Notes under the pieces: generated by a model
What the model saw: the letters and a program-made list of their open reading frames with translations, nothing else
Database searches by the model: none
Told to the model about the DNA's origin: nothing
In this document: positions 10,776 to 19,297 of the stretch, one piece after another
Layout of the letters: each line of letters begins with the position of its first letter
Position numbering within the stretch: the first letter of the stretch is position 1
Source: Bacteroidales bacterium
Lineage (GTDB): Bacteria > Bacteroidota > Bacteroidia > Bacteroidales > UBA932
Length of the DNA: 64,000 bases
Direction of reading: 5' to 3'
Assembly: GCA_017447815.1 (NCBI GenBank)
Contig: JAFSMS010000017.1
Coordinates: forward strand, 18,940 to 82,939
Made by a program: the position numbers and the translations under genes

Positions 10776-11330
10776 TTAGAGGTAAATCAGACTGGAAAGG
10801 TTGTCAGGGACGAAAAGCCGGCGGGCCATGGCCTGAAGCGCCTCGGGCGTAATGGCCTCTATCTGCGCACGCGTCTGGGCCGGCGTCAGGATTTCTCCCC
10901 AGGAGAGCAGGCTTTTCCCCATGGACAGGCATTGGGCTTCGCCGGATTCGGAACCGATGGCCAACTGGCCCAGCAACTGTTTTCGGTAGGCCTTGATCTG
11001 ATGCTCCGTAAAGGGCGTTTCCTGCAGGTGGGAGAGGATTTTCCGGATGGCTTCCAGACAGGCGTCCAGATTGGGTTTGTCACAGCCGAAAGTGATGGCG
11101 AGGATCCCGCTGTCGGCATACTGCGTGTAGGAACATTCGATGCCGTACACCCAGCCGCGCTTTTCCCTGAGTTCCTTGTTGAGCAGCGAATTGGAGGCGG
11201 GACCGCCCAGGATGTTGGCCAGCATGGCGCACACAAGCCTGTCCGGCATTTCGTACAGGGACGGGGCCTTGCACCCCAGCACGGCATTCACCTCATGATG
11301 CCTTTTATCGATTACTTTGTGAAAAGACAT
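10776..11330 (-). CDS. M16 (pitrilysin-like) peptidase, C-terminal half
   Basis: ILGGPASNSLLNKELREKRGWVYGI and YADSG match the M16 C-domain SRL-x-LRE-x-G-x-Y pattern. Overlaps the upstream ORF by 26 bp in another frame. Confidence 0.8.
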   Translation of the reverse strand: MSFHKVIDKRHHEVNAVLGCKAPSLYEMPDRLVCAMLANILGGPASNSLLNKELREKRGWVYGIECSYTQYADSGILAITFGCDKPNLDACLEAIRKILSHLQETPFTEHQIKAYRKQLLGQLAIGSESGEAQCLSMGKSLLSWGEILTPAQTRAQIEAITPEALQAMARRLFVPDNLSSLIYL

Positions 11331-11943
11331 TTCCGATCAGTTTCAAAATCTGTTTTTCCAGTTTCTCCTCGTCCATATCGGCCACTACCGTAAAGACCAT
11401 CTTCTCCGGCACGAACTTTTCGGCCATGAAGCGCCGCAGCATTTCCGGCGTAATCTTTTTCACCGAGGCCGTTGTCCCCAGAATGGGCGTTTCCAGCGGA
11501 TGGCCTTCGAACAGGAGCGATTCGAAGCGGTCGTACACATCTTCGGACGGATTGTCTTTGTAGGAGATAATCTCGTCCAGGACCACGCCGCGCTCCGTCT
11601 CGATTTCCTTGTCGGGGAAAGTGGCTTCCGTCGCCAGTTCGAAAAGAAGCCGTGCCGCCTTGCTCCAGTCCTCTTTCAGGACCGTCGCATGCAGGACAAT
11701 CTCCTCTTTGGTGGTGTATGCGTTGAGTTCGCCGCCCAAACGGTCCAGATAACCGTTGATGACCGCCGCGCTTTTGTGACGGGTTCCCCGGAACATCGTA
11801 TGCTCCACAAAATGGGCGATGCCGGCAGGGTAGCCGTTTTCATCACGCGTTCCGCATCCTATGGTGAGGGCACAGTATGCCGCGGCCCGGCCGCTTTGCC
11901 GGACCGCGTAGCGCACCCCTTCCTTGCTGACTCCGCTTCTCAT
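11305..11943 (-). CDS. M16 peptidase, N-terminal catalytic half
   Basis: GTRDE, inverted zinc motif AHFVEHTMFRGT, LNAYTTKE, ERGVVLDE, ILGT. Confidence 0.85.
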   Translation of the reverse strand: MRSGVSKEGVRYAVRQSGRAAAYCALTIGCGTRDENGYPAGIAHFVEHTMFRGTRHKSAAVINGYLDRLGGELNAYTTKEEIVLHATVLKEDWSKAARLLFELATEATFPDKEIETERGVVLDEIISYKDNPSEDVYDRFESLLFEGHPLETPILGTTASVKKITPEMLRRFMAEKFVPEKMVFTVVADMDEEKLEKQILKLIGNVFSQSNR

Positions 11944-12791
11944 CTCTTTCTTGCCAGGCGCTTGAGGTCGTCGGCCGTGAAGCCGACGCCGCTTTTTTCC
12001 GTGATTTTGTGTTTGTAAATGTAATAGAGTGTGTGGGTATCGGCCTCGAAAAGCATCTTGTAGCAGTACGACGCCCCGTTTTGCGGCATGAAGGGGGCCA
12101 CCACATAGGCCACCAGGGTGTTATAGTCTCCTTCCAGGAAGGCTTTGTCGGCCTCGGATTCATCTACGATGTGGATGTCTTCGTCCAGGAAGCGTTCCAT
12201 CTGTTTCTGAGAGACAGATTCGGAGATGTCACCGTCGGCGATATACAACTGCTTCATTTTGCCGAACTTGTTGTAGTTCTGATTGAACCAGACCTCCATG
12301 CCGTAGGCTACCTTTTCGGATTCCATGGCCGCCAGGGCATATTCCTGGATGGCCTGGATGAGCGGCCCGAGATACACCAGTTCGCGTCCGTTGCCGCCGC
12401 CGGCGGCCATCAGCGGCAGGGAGATGACTTCTGTCATGGAACTGATGCCGTCCTTGGCCTGCGGCCCGCCTTTCACCAGGGAAAGGAAGGTGATGCCGGG
12501 GTTCTCTTCGTCCTTGAAACGGCTTTCGGCCGCGATCAGGAAGTAATACTGGGCCGATGTCTTGAGCGTCTCGAAGCGGTCCATGGTGCAGAATTCAAAG
12601 GGGGAGGCGGTCCAGATGTTCACCACCTCCTGCTTCAAACCGCTGTCGATCAGATCATTTCCGGTAAGGACAATTTGAACCACTTTGTCGTTGAAGTCGT
12701 TCAGGATGTATTTCCGGGTATTGATTTTGCCCTGGCCCCAGGCAGTGGCGGCAAGCGCCAGGGCACAAAGCAGCATTACAACTTTCTTCAT
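11940..12791 (-). CDS. Secreted hypothetical protein
   Basis: Signal peptide MKKVVMLLCALALAATAWG-Q starting at 12791; 4-bp overlap with the M16 gene; promoter immediately upstream. Confidence 0.8.
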   Translation of the reverse strand: MKKVVMLLCALALAATAWGQGKINTRKYILNDFNDKVVQIVLTGNDLIDSGLKQEVVNIWTASPFEFCTMDRFETLKTSAQYYFLIAAESRFKDEENPGITFLSLVKGGPQAKDGISSMTEVISLPLMAAGGGNGRELVYLGPLIQAIQEYALAAMESEKVAYGMEVWFNQNYNKFGKMKQLYIADGDISESVSQKQMERFLDEDIHIVDESEADKAFLEGDYNTLVAYVVAPFMPQNGASYCYKMLFEADTHTLYYIYKHKITEKSGVGFTADDLKRLARKR

Positions 12792-12812
12792 TTCCTTCTT
12801 CTTTTGAGTTTG

Positions 12813-12820
12813 CAAAGGTA
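12813..12820 (-). promoter_or_regulatory. -7 element
   Basis: Minus strand TACCTTTG followed by CA, 22 bp from the ATG at 12791. Confidence 0.65.
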
Positions 12821-12880
12821 CAACTCTTTTCGTTCTCAAAAAAGATGCCCGTTTTGCAGAAGGCAGGCCGTTAGGAGGCT

Positions 12881-14446
12881 TTATTCGTAGAACAGCAGGG
12901 AAGCAGGGAGGTTGGGAACGTCGATTCCCGGGCCTTTCACGGCCAGTCTCAGCCAGTCCCCGCCCCACGTGTCAAAGTACTGGATTTCCAGACGGTGATA
13001 ACCGGCGCCCAGTTCAACCCAGGCCTCCTTGCTGCCGCCTCCGGGTGCGTTCACGTCCCACAGCAGCTGTCCGTCCAGCCAGATCTTCGAGCCGTCGTCC
13101 GTTTCCACCACAAGGAAATAGAGGCCTTCCTGTTCAATCTTCATGAGGCCTTTGAACACAATGCCGAAATGGTCTTCTCTCTGTTTGACTGCCTCTGTTC
13201 CAAAGACAGGGGCAACGCCGCTTTTCTTCACGGGGGCGGCCATCACGTCTTCACAACTTGTGAAATCCCCTTCGCAGTAGGTATAACGGATTCCCTGCCC
13301 TTTCGGGGTGGCTTTCACGGCCGGGAAAACGGCAGATGCCGTGGGATGGAAATCCTCTTCGCGGCGATAGTCGGGATCAATAGGAACAGCGTCCTCCCCG
13401 TTTTCGGGCCGAAACTCCACGCCCAGCTTGTCGGCGATGGTGGCTGCGAGTTGCCGGGTGTAAAAAATGCCGTTATCGGCGGTTTCTCCCTTTACCGGAA
13501 CGCCTTTGCCGAAGGCTATGAACCAGGTCTGGTTGGAGCCGCGTATATTTTCACCGTGGTGCCGGAAAGACGCACCCGTGCCCCGGCCGTGGTCACAGGT
13601 GAGGAGATAGGTGGTCTTTCCCTTGTAGAAAGGATCTGACTCACAATACTCTACGATGCGGCGAATGTACAGGTCCGTCCAATGGGCGGCGTCCAGATAG
13701 AGATCGTATCGGCCTCTGTGGGCATAGGAGTCCGTATCTCCGAAACCCACATAGAACACCTTGGGGTGATCGGCCTTGAGGGTCTCCATGGCCATGCCGA
13801 AGGTGACACAGTCCAGCCGGGCCGTAGGCCCGATACCGCCATCGGCGATGCCGGTGTCGATATCCTGCATCCTGTGGGCGACAGGCGTATCCGTGTAGGA
13901 GGGTTCATGTCCGCTGCAGCCCGGGAAGCCGCCCCGCTCGTTGTTTACGGCAAAGCGGATGCTCTCCCAGGAGGAGTACATCATCACTTTTCCCTTGTAC
14001 CGCGGATCCTGGTTCACCACTTCCAGTACGCTCACGTTGGGGTTGGGGACGGGGTCGTTGCTGGTGACGCGTTCATCGTCGGCCAGGCCGCAGAACATCT
14101 CACTGTAGCCGGGATAGGAGAACCACATCTTGTTGGACACCTGCATGAGGCTGTTTTTCCCCCGGTTGCCGATTAAATAGCCGTGCTCCGGCACATAACT
14201 CCAGATGAAAGGCATGAGGGCCGAGCGCCGCTCCTCGGGCGTTTCGCGCCAATAGGCCTGTTTCAATGCCGAGGGTTGCGGCACGAAGCGGGCGCTCTCC
14301 ACCAGGGCTTCATCGGCCCCGTTGAAGAGTTCCTGCCAGCGCAGGCCGTCAAAGGTAATGATGACAAGACGGGGATCGTCATCCCCCTTGCTGCATGAGA
14401 GCAGCGCCGCCAGCGCCAGAACTCCCAGGATGAAAAAACGCTTCAT
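12881..14446 (-). CDS. Alkaline-phosphatase-superfamily lipoprotein with C-terminal PA14 domain (paralogue of 27416..28969)
   Basis: Lipobox LLSC; ITFDGLR, FSYPGY (candidate Ser nucleophile), GDTDSYAH and TCDHG metal ligands; PA14 motifs EDHFGIVFKG, TDDGS, GYHRL. Confidence 0.85.
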   Translation of the reverse strand: MKRFFILGVLALAALLSCSKGDDDPRLVIITFDGLRWQELFNGADEALVESARFVPQPSALKQAYWRETPEERRSALMPFIWSYVPEHGYLIGNRGKNSLMQVSNKMWFSYPGYSEMFCGLADDERVTSNDPVPNPNVSVLEVVNQDPRYKGKVMMYSSWESIRFAVNNERGGFPGCSGHEPSYTDTPVAHRMQDIDTGIADGGIGPTARLDCVTFGMAMETLKADHPKVFYVGFGDTDSYAHRGRYDLYLDAAHWTDLYIRRIVEYCESDPFYKGKTTYLLTCDHGRGTGASFRHHGENIRGSNQTWFIAFGKGVPVKGETADNGIFYTRQLAATIADKLGVEFRPENGEDAVPIDPDYRREEDFHPTASAVFPAVKATPKGQGIRYTYCEGDFTSCEDVMAAPVKKSGVAPVFGTEAVKQREDHFGIVFKGLMKIEQEGLYFLVVETDDGSKIWLDGQLLWDVNAPGGGSKEAWVELGAGYHRLEIQYFDTWGGDWLRLAVKGPGIDVPNLPASLLFYE

Positions 14447-14468
14447 GATTCAGTCAGTGTGAACTTTA

Positions 14469-14476
14469 CAAATGTA
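14469..14476 (-). promoter_or_regulatory. -7 element
   Basis: Minus strand TACATTTG followed by TA, 23 bp from the ATG at 14446. Confidence 0.6.
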
Positions 14477-14539
14477 ACTCAAAATTACATGCGGAACGTC
14501 CCGTCTCCTTGTGTTGTTCCGCAAAAGTGTGTTGCCGGG

Positions 14540-15550
14540 TCAGGACAATCCGAGGGCTGCGATCTCTTTCTCGGAAAGACCGGTCAGTTCTGCAATCTCA
14601 GCGATAGGATAGGTTTTAGACAGCATTTTGACGGCGATCTCCTTTGCTCGCTCATTGGATCCTTCGGTCCGTCCTTCGGTCCGTCCTTCGGCCCGTCCTT
14701 CGGCCCGTCCTTCGGCTCGTCCTTCGGCCCGTCCTTTGGCTCGACCTTCAGCCCGTCCTTCGGCCAAACCTTCGGCTCTGCCTTCTTTTCGGGCGAATTC
14801 TCTTCTGGCAATGATGTCCAATTCAGTTGTCATAATGGCGTTATATTGTCTTAAAGTATCTTCATTCATATTCGCGAAGGCCGTGGCTTCGAAAATCATC
14901 TTCAACACTTCGTCTTCGAAGTTTTCCGGCCGTTCTTTCAATAAATGACCGTACTTCAATGAAAATGCCAGTTTCTCCGGCAGCGTCCGGCATTTCCTCT
15001 CTTCGTTCAGCTTCCAGGGCAGTCGCCCCAATTCCAGATAAATAAAATTCAGCGCATTTGTCATCTTCTCCCCGGATCTTGCGCTTCGAATCTCATAACG
15101 GCTGACCAAACCTCCTTCAAGGGTATTGGGGTCCTCGTGACTCATCTCAAAGTTCAGGATGCTGATCACGTAAACCGGTTTCAGCCGATAATCCATCTTC
15201 CGGGCCCGCTTATCGTCCAAATCCCGGATGGCTTTCATACGCTCCACCACTTGGGAGCGGATGGGATAGGTGGCATAGTACAGTGCCCGGTCCCGGAAGC
15301 TTTCCTGGGATGTAAACTGCATTTCCACGATAAAGTTTTCGCCTAGATCGGTAGTACAATACAGGTCAAAGTTAACGCTTTTGTCCGACAAAATCAAACC
15401 ATGTTGCTCTTTGTCATTCAACGTAAGCGAACGGATTGTCTTCCCTGGGAGGAAAAACTCGATCAGTTTAATCAGGAGGCGCCGGTTGGACGGCTCGGAA
15501 AGTACGACTTTGAAGGCTTCGTCGTAAAGGATGTTTGCGAATGTTGCCAT
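14540..15550 (-). CDS. Rpn-family PD-(D/E)XK nuclease (often annotated as putative transposase)
   Basis: DEAFKVVL, FDLYC...FIVEMQ, RALYYA, VYVISILNF, FIYLEL, EGRA repeats and terminal IAELTGLS. Start at MATFAN (15550). Visibly more AT-rich than the flanks. Confidence 0.9.
   Translation of the reverse strand: MATFANILYDEAFKVVLSEPSNRRLLIKLIEFFLPGKTIRSLTLNDKEQHGLILSDKSVNFDLYCTTDLGENFIVEMQFTSQESFRDRALYYATYPIRSQVVERMKAIRDLDDKRARKMDYRLKPVYVISILNFEMSHEDPNTLEGGLVSRYEIRSARSGEKMTNALNFIYLELGRLPWKLNEERKCRTLPEKLAFSLKYGHLLKERPENFEDEVLKMIFEATAFANMNEDTLRQYNAIMTTELDIIARREFARKEGRAEGLAEGRAEGRAKGRAEGRAEGRAEGRAEGRTEGRTEGSNERAKEIAVKMLSKTYPIAEIAELTGLSEKEIAALGLS
14661..14786 (-). repeat. 12-bp coding tandem repeat, about 10.5 copies (EGRA/EGRT)
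   Basis: Plus strand unit CCTTCGGCCCGT and variants; protein EGRA EGLA EGRA EGRA KGRA EGRA EGRA EGRA EGRT EGRT EG. Confidence 0.95.
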
Positions 15551-15567
15551 AGTTATGAAAGTATTAA

Positions 15568-15600
15568 TGCCGATCGGTGTTGATCGGCAAGGCAAACATA
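15568..15600 (-). promoter_or_regulatory. rpn -7 element plus 5'-UTR hairpin
   Basis: Minus strand TATGTTTG (15593-15600) followed closely by an 8-bp stem TGCCGATC / GATCGGCA (15568-15589). Confidence 0.55.
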
Positions 15601-15701
15601 GCAAGCAGGATATCCGCTGCCAACAATCGTAAAAAAGAAAGTGTTGTTTCACATGACGATTGTGTGTTTCTTATGGTGAATCATAAGAAAAGCGACCATT
15701 C

Positions 15702-15947
15702 GTGCAAAAGTTTTTTACGGCAAGTCCTCCACAACCTTTTGCCATTTTCGGGGAAATAGACTTCCATACCGCACGCCATACTTTCGCCACCCTTCTGCTC
15801 ACCAAGGGGGCCGATATTTACACCACCAGTAAACTTTTGGGACACAATGATATAGCCACTACGCAGGTATATGCGCGAGTGGTGGATGAGAAAAAGCAAA
15901 AGGCACTTTCTTTAATTAACGGTCTGATTGGAGGCGGGAAAGAGTGA
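15702..15947 (+). pseudogene. Tyrosine recombinase/integrase remnant (C-terminal 60-65 aa only)
   Basis: FHTARHTFAT (HxxR), LLGH and TTQVYA (catalytic Tyr) are intact. Resemblance begins at about 15755; the N-terminal domains and the first catalytic Arg box are absent. Confidence 0.88.
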
Positions 15948-16015
15948 TTTTGCGCGATTTGCGGTCCTTTAATCGCAAATTATCCTCATGAGACGGGCGA
16001 GGATTATTAAATTTG
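15948..16015 (+). promoter_or_regulatory. susC promoter with candidate 21-bp-spaced activator half-sites
   Basis: TAAATTTG at 16008-16015; CGCGATTT at 15953 and CGCAAATT at 15974. Confidence 0.55.
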
Positions 16016-16132
16016 CATTGTGAGTAGGATTTATTTTTTAAATTTATTTAGAAAGTTATTCTTCTCCGAAGGACTAATAACCAATTGCTAAGATAAACTA
16101 AACCAAACACATATCCAATAACCAAATTCATT

Positions 16133-19100
16133 ATGATTTCCAAAAAACTGTTCGGATTGCTCGCCGGCATCATGTGTCTGGCGGCAACGTTCGGTGCATC
16201 TGCACAGAACTTGACAGTGCGTGGAACGGTATCGGATGCCGTCGGTCCTATCGTGGGGGCCGTGGTTCTGTCCGGTAACGCCAACGCCGTTACGGACCTT
16301 GATGGCGCCTATACCATCACCGTCCCGTCCAATGCAGTCCTGGAGGTGTCCTGCCTGGGCTATGTGACCCAGCAGGTGCCCGTGAACGGACGTGCCAACA
16401 TTAACATCGTCCTTCAAGAGGACACGATGGTTCTTCAGGAAGCCGTAGCCCTGGGTTACGGTGCCCAGACCAAGAAGAAGGACCTGAGTGCTTCCGTGGG
16501 TGTGATCAACAATGCAGAGCAGCTCGCTGCCCGCCCCGTCACTTCCACCACCGGTATGCTGCAGGGTCAGATTCCGGGTGTGGTCGTTTCTTATAACGGC
16601 GGTTCTCCGACCGACAGCCCGAGCATCCTCATCCGTGGCCAAGGTTCCCGGAACGGTGACTCCGTGCTGTGGGTGGTCGACGGTGTCCCCGGCGGCCCCA
16701 TCACTTCCATGAATGATGTGGAAAGCATCGTAGTCCTGAAGGACGCTGCTTCCGCCGCCGTTTACGGTGCCACTTCCGGTGCCGGCGGCGTAATCATCGT
16801 TACCACCAAGAAAGCCAAGAAAGGTATTCATGTAGAGTACGATCTGGTAACCGGTATCCGTCACGCCGGCAATCTGCCGGAGCCGCTGACCGCCCAGGAA
16901 GAAATCGAAGTGAAGAAACTCTCCTATGCCAATGCCGGCCTTACCCTCCCCGCCGGTTGGGATCCTGCCGTGAACCCCTGGATCGGCGTACAGCGCACCA
17001 ACTGGATGGATGAGATCTACCGCAATCCGCTCTACCAGCGTCATGACGTGGTTCTCAACTACGGTACGGACGTTTTCAAGAGCCGCCTGAGCTTCAACTA
17101 CTCCGACAACCCCGGCGTGCTGGTAGGCACCTTCGCCAAAAACTACGGCATCCGCTTCAACGGTGAATACCAGATGAACAAGTGGATCAAGATTACGGAA
17201 AACATCCACTTCGACACCGGCAACAGCCGCGGAACCGATACGGGCTCCGAGCATACGGGTACCATCCTGTCGGCCTTGTACATGCCGCCGTCCGCCGAGG
17301 CTTACGCCACTTCGGGTCCTTACAAGGGCATTTTCGGCGGTTCCACTACGGAAGACCCCGATTACATCGCACAGTACGGCAACTGGGCCGGTCTGCACGG
17401 TGACGTGGTGAACCCCCTGCGTTCCCTGCTGGCCAGCACGGAATTCAAACAGCCGATGAATTTCTGGACCACCACCGGCCTGGAGATCGCCAACATCGTC
17501 AAAGGCCTCAAGATCGTAGACCAGTTCTCCTATAATATCAGTTCCGAGTACTCCAAGTCCTTCAATCCCCGCCGTCCCGAAGTCGGTAAGCGTGAAATGA
17601 CCAACCGTCTCACCGAGTCTGCCTCTACTGCCAATTCCTGGCGCAATGAGACCACCGTCACGTACGACCGTACCTTCGGCAAGCACACCATCGGCGCTCT
17701 CGGTGCCGTCACCTTCAACAAGCAGTGGGGTCGCGGTTTCAGGGGCCAAGCCATCGACCTGGCCATTGAAAACGAGTCCATGCAGTATTTCGCATTCGGC
17801 AGCAGTCCCAGCGTGAGCGACTGGTACAACGGTCCGGATGCCAATGTGGCTTTCGTGGCCCGTGGCTCTTACAGCTTCGACGACCGTTACTTCGTCACCG
17901 CATCCTGGCGCCGGGACTATGCCGGACGTCTTCCCAATGCGCACAACTACGGCGACTTCCCGGCCGTGACCGGTGCTTGGAAGATCTCCAGCGAGCCTTT
18001 CTTCCCGAAGAACGACGTTGTAACCTTCGCCAAGCTTCGTGCTTCCTGGGGCCGTGTGGGTAACCTCGGCTCCATCGGCTGGAACTACAAGTCCCCGGCC
18101 CTGACCGACCAGGGCGACCACGACGACGGCTCCATCGCCGGCCGTGAGAATCGCCGCAAGCAGGGTACCACCTGGGCACTTACCACCGCTCTGAACCAGG
18201 AACTCACCTGGGAAACCTCCGAGACCTTCGACGTAGGTTTGGATGTCGACCTCTTCAAGGATCGTCTGTCCATGTCCTTCGATTACTACAACAAGCGCAC
18301 CTTCAACCTGATCCAGGATCAACCCATGGGCTGGCCCACCACCATCGGTATCAACCCCAAGAAGGTGAACCTGGGTGAGATCAACAACAAGGGTGTCGAA
18401 TTCATCGCCACCTGGAAGGACAAGATCGGCAAGGATTTCAATTACTATGTAACCGGTAACGTCGCCTACAACAAGAATACCGTGATTTCCACCGGTATTA
18501 CGGATGACCAGGGCAATTCTGCTCCCTGGGTGGGTGGCGGCAACTACGGCCTCGTGACCACTGCCATCTATCGCAGTGAAGTGGGTCAGCCGTTGAATTC
18601 TTTCTATATGATTCCTTGGGAAGGCATTTTCCAGAGCGAGGAAGATATCTACGACCACCAGAGGAACGGACAGCTGATCCAGCCGGGCGCCCGCCCGGGA
18701 GACCTTCGCTTCACGGACGTGAACGAGGACGGCAAGATTGATGTGAACGACCGTGTTTACTGCGGCGATCCCGCTCCCAAGTTCACCTATGCCCTCACCA
18801 TGGGATTTGACTGGAAAGGCCTGAGCTTCAGCATGATGTGGCAGGGCGTGGCCGGTAACAAGATCGCCTACATGGCCAAGCAGCTCATCCTCACCGATGC
18901 CTATGGAACCTTCTCCCGCAGCCGTGGTATCCTGAATGCCTGGAGCCCCACCAACCGCACCTCCAATATTCCCATCATCTCCAACAACGATCCCAACCAG
19001 AACATGGCCACTCCGTCCACCTGGTATCTGGAGGACGGTTCCTATCTGCGCCTGAAGAACGTAACCATCGGCTACGACTTCACCAAACTGCTGCAGAAGA

Positions 19101-19285
19101 TTCCGCACTTCGCCCAGCGCGGCAGTTCCTGCTCTGTTTACTTCTCTGCCGAGAATCCCCTCACCATCACCAAGTACTCCGGAATGGACCCCGAGGTGGG
19201 TGTAACCGGCGACACGCCCGGTTTCGATACCCTCAAGTATCCGGTTTCCCAGGTATATGCTATCGGTGTCAAGATCAACTACTAA
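16133..19285 (+). CDS. SusC/RagA-family TonB-dependent transporter
   Basis: Signal peptide, TDLDGAY, LGY, plug motifs LWVVDGVP and VLKDAASAAVYG, KLRASWG, LTWET, EDGSYLRLKNVTIGY, terminal aromatic residue. Confidence 0.97.
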   Translation: MISKKLFGLLAGIMCLAATFGASAQNLTVRGTVSDAVGPIVGAVVLSGNANAVTDLDGAYTITVPSNAVLEVSCLGYVTQQVPVNGRANINIVLQEDTMVLQEAVALGYGAQTKKKDLSASVGVINNAEQLAARPVTSTTGMLQGQIPGVVVSYNGGSPTDSPSILIRGQGSRNGDSVLWVVDGVPGGPITSMNDVESIVVLKDAASAAVYGATSGAGGVIIVTTKKAKKGIHVEYDLVTGIRHAGNLPEPLTAQEEIEVKKLSYANAGLTLPAGWDPAVNPWIGVQRTNWMDEIYRNPLYQRHDVVLNYGTDVFKSRLSFNYSDNPGVLVGTFAKNYGIRFNGEYQMNKWIKITENIHFDTGNSRGTDTGSEHTGTILSALYMPPSAEAYATSGPYKGIFGGSTTEDPDYIAQYGNWAGLHGDVVNPLRSLLASTEFKQPMNFWTTTGLEIANIVKGLKIVDQFSYNISSEYSKSFNPRRPEVGKREMTNRLTESASTANSWRNETTVTYDRTFGKHTIGALGAVTFNKQWGRGFRGQAIDLAIENESMQYFAFGSSPSVSDWYNGPDANVAFVARGSYSFDDRYFVTASWRRDYAGRLPNAHNYGDFPAVTGAWKISSEPFFPKNDVVTFAKLRASWGRVGNLGSIGWNYKSPALTDQGDHDDGSIAGRENRRKQGTTWALTTALNQELTWETSETFDVGLDVDLFKDRLSMSFDYYNKRTFNLIQDQPMGWPTTIGINPKKVNLGEINNKGVEFIATWKDKIGKDFNYYVTGNVAYNKNTVISTGITDDQGNSAPWVGGGNYGLVTTAIYRSEVGQPLNSFYMIPWEGIFQSEEDIYDHQRNGQLIQPGARPGDLRFTDVNEDGKIDVNDRVYCGDPAPKFTYALTMGFDWKGLSFSMMWQGVAGNKIAYMAKQLILTDAYGTFSRSRGILNAWSPTNRTSNIPIISNNDPNQNMATPSTWYLEDGSYLRLKNVTIGYDFTKLLQKIPHFAQRGSSCSVYFSAENPLTITKYSGMDPEVGVTGDTPGFDTLKYPVSQVYAIGVKINY

Positions 19286-19297
19286 ACTGACGTGAAT

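Noticed and set aside
14459-14948. Repetitive ORFs (FGPS, PKDG, RPSA repeats) and a possible CRISPR-like array
   Set aside because: These are alternative frames of the 12-bp EGRA repeat in the Rpn gene; there are no spacers and no cas genes.
15367-15374. Minus-strand TAACTTTG inside rpn as a promoter for the short product
   Set aside because: It is about 500 bp from the candidate internal starts, and such a match is expected by chance in AT-rich DNA.
14540-15550. Rpn gene as an insertion sequence
   Set aside because: No terminal inverted repeats or target duplication seen, and the family is a PD-(D/E)XK nuclease rather than a DDE transposase.
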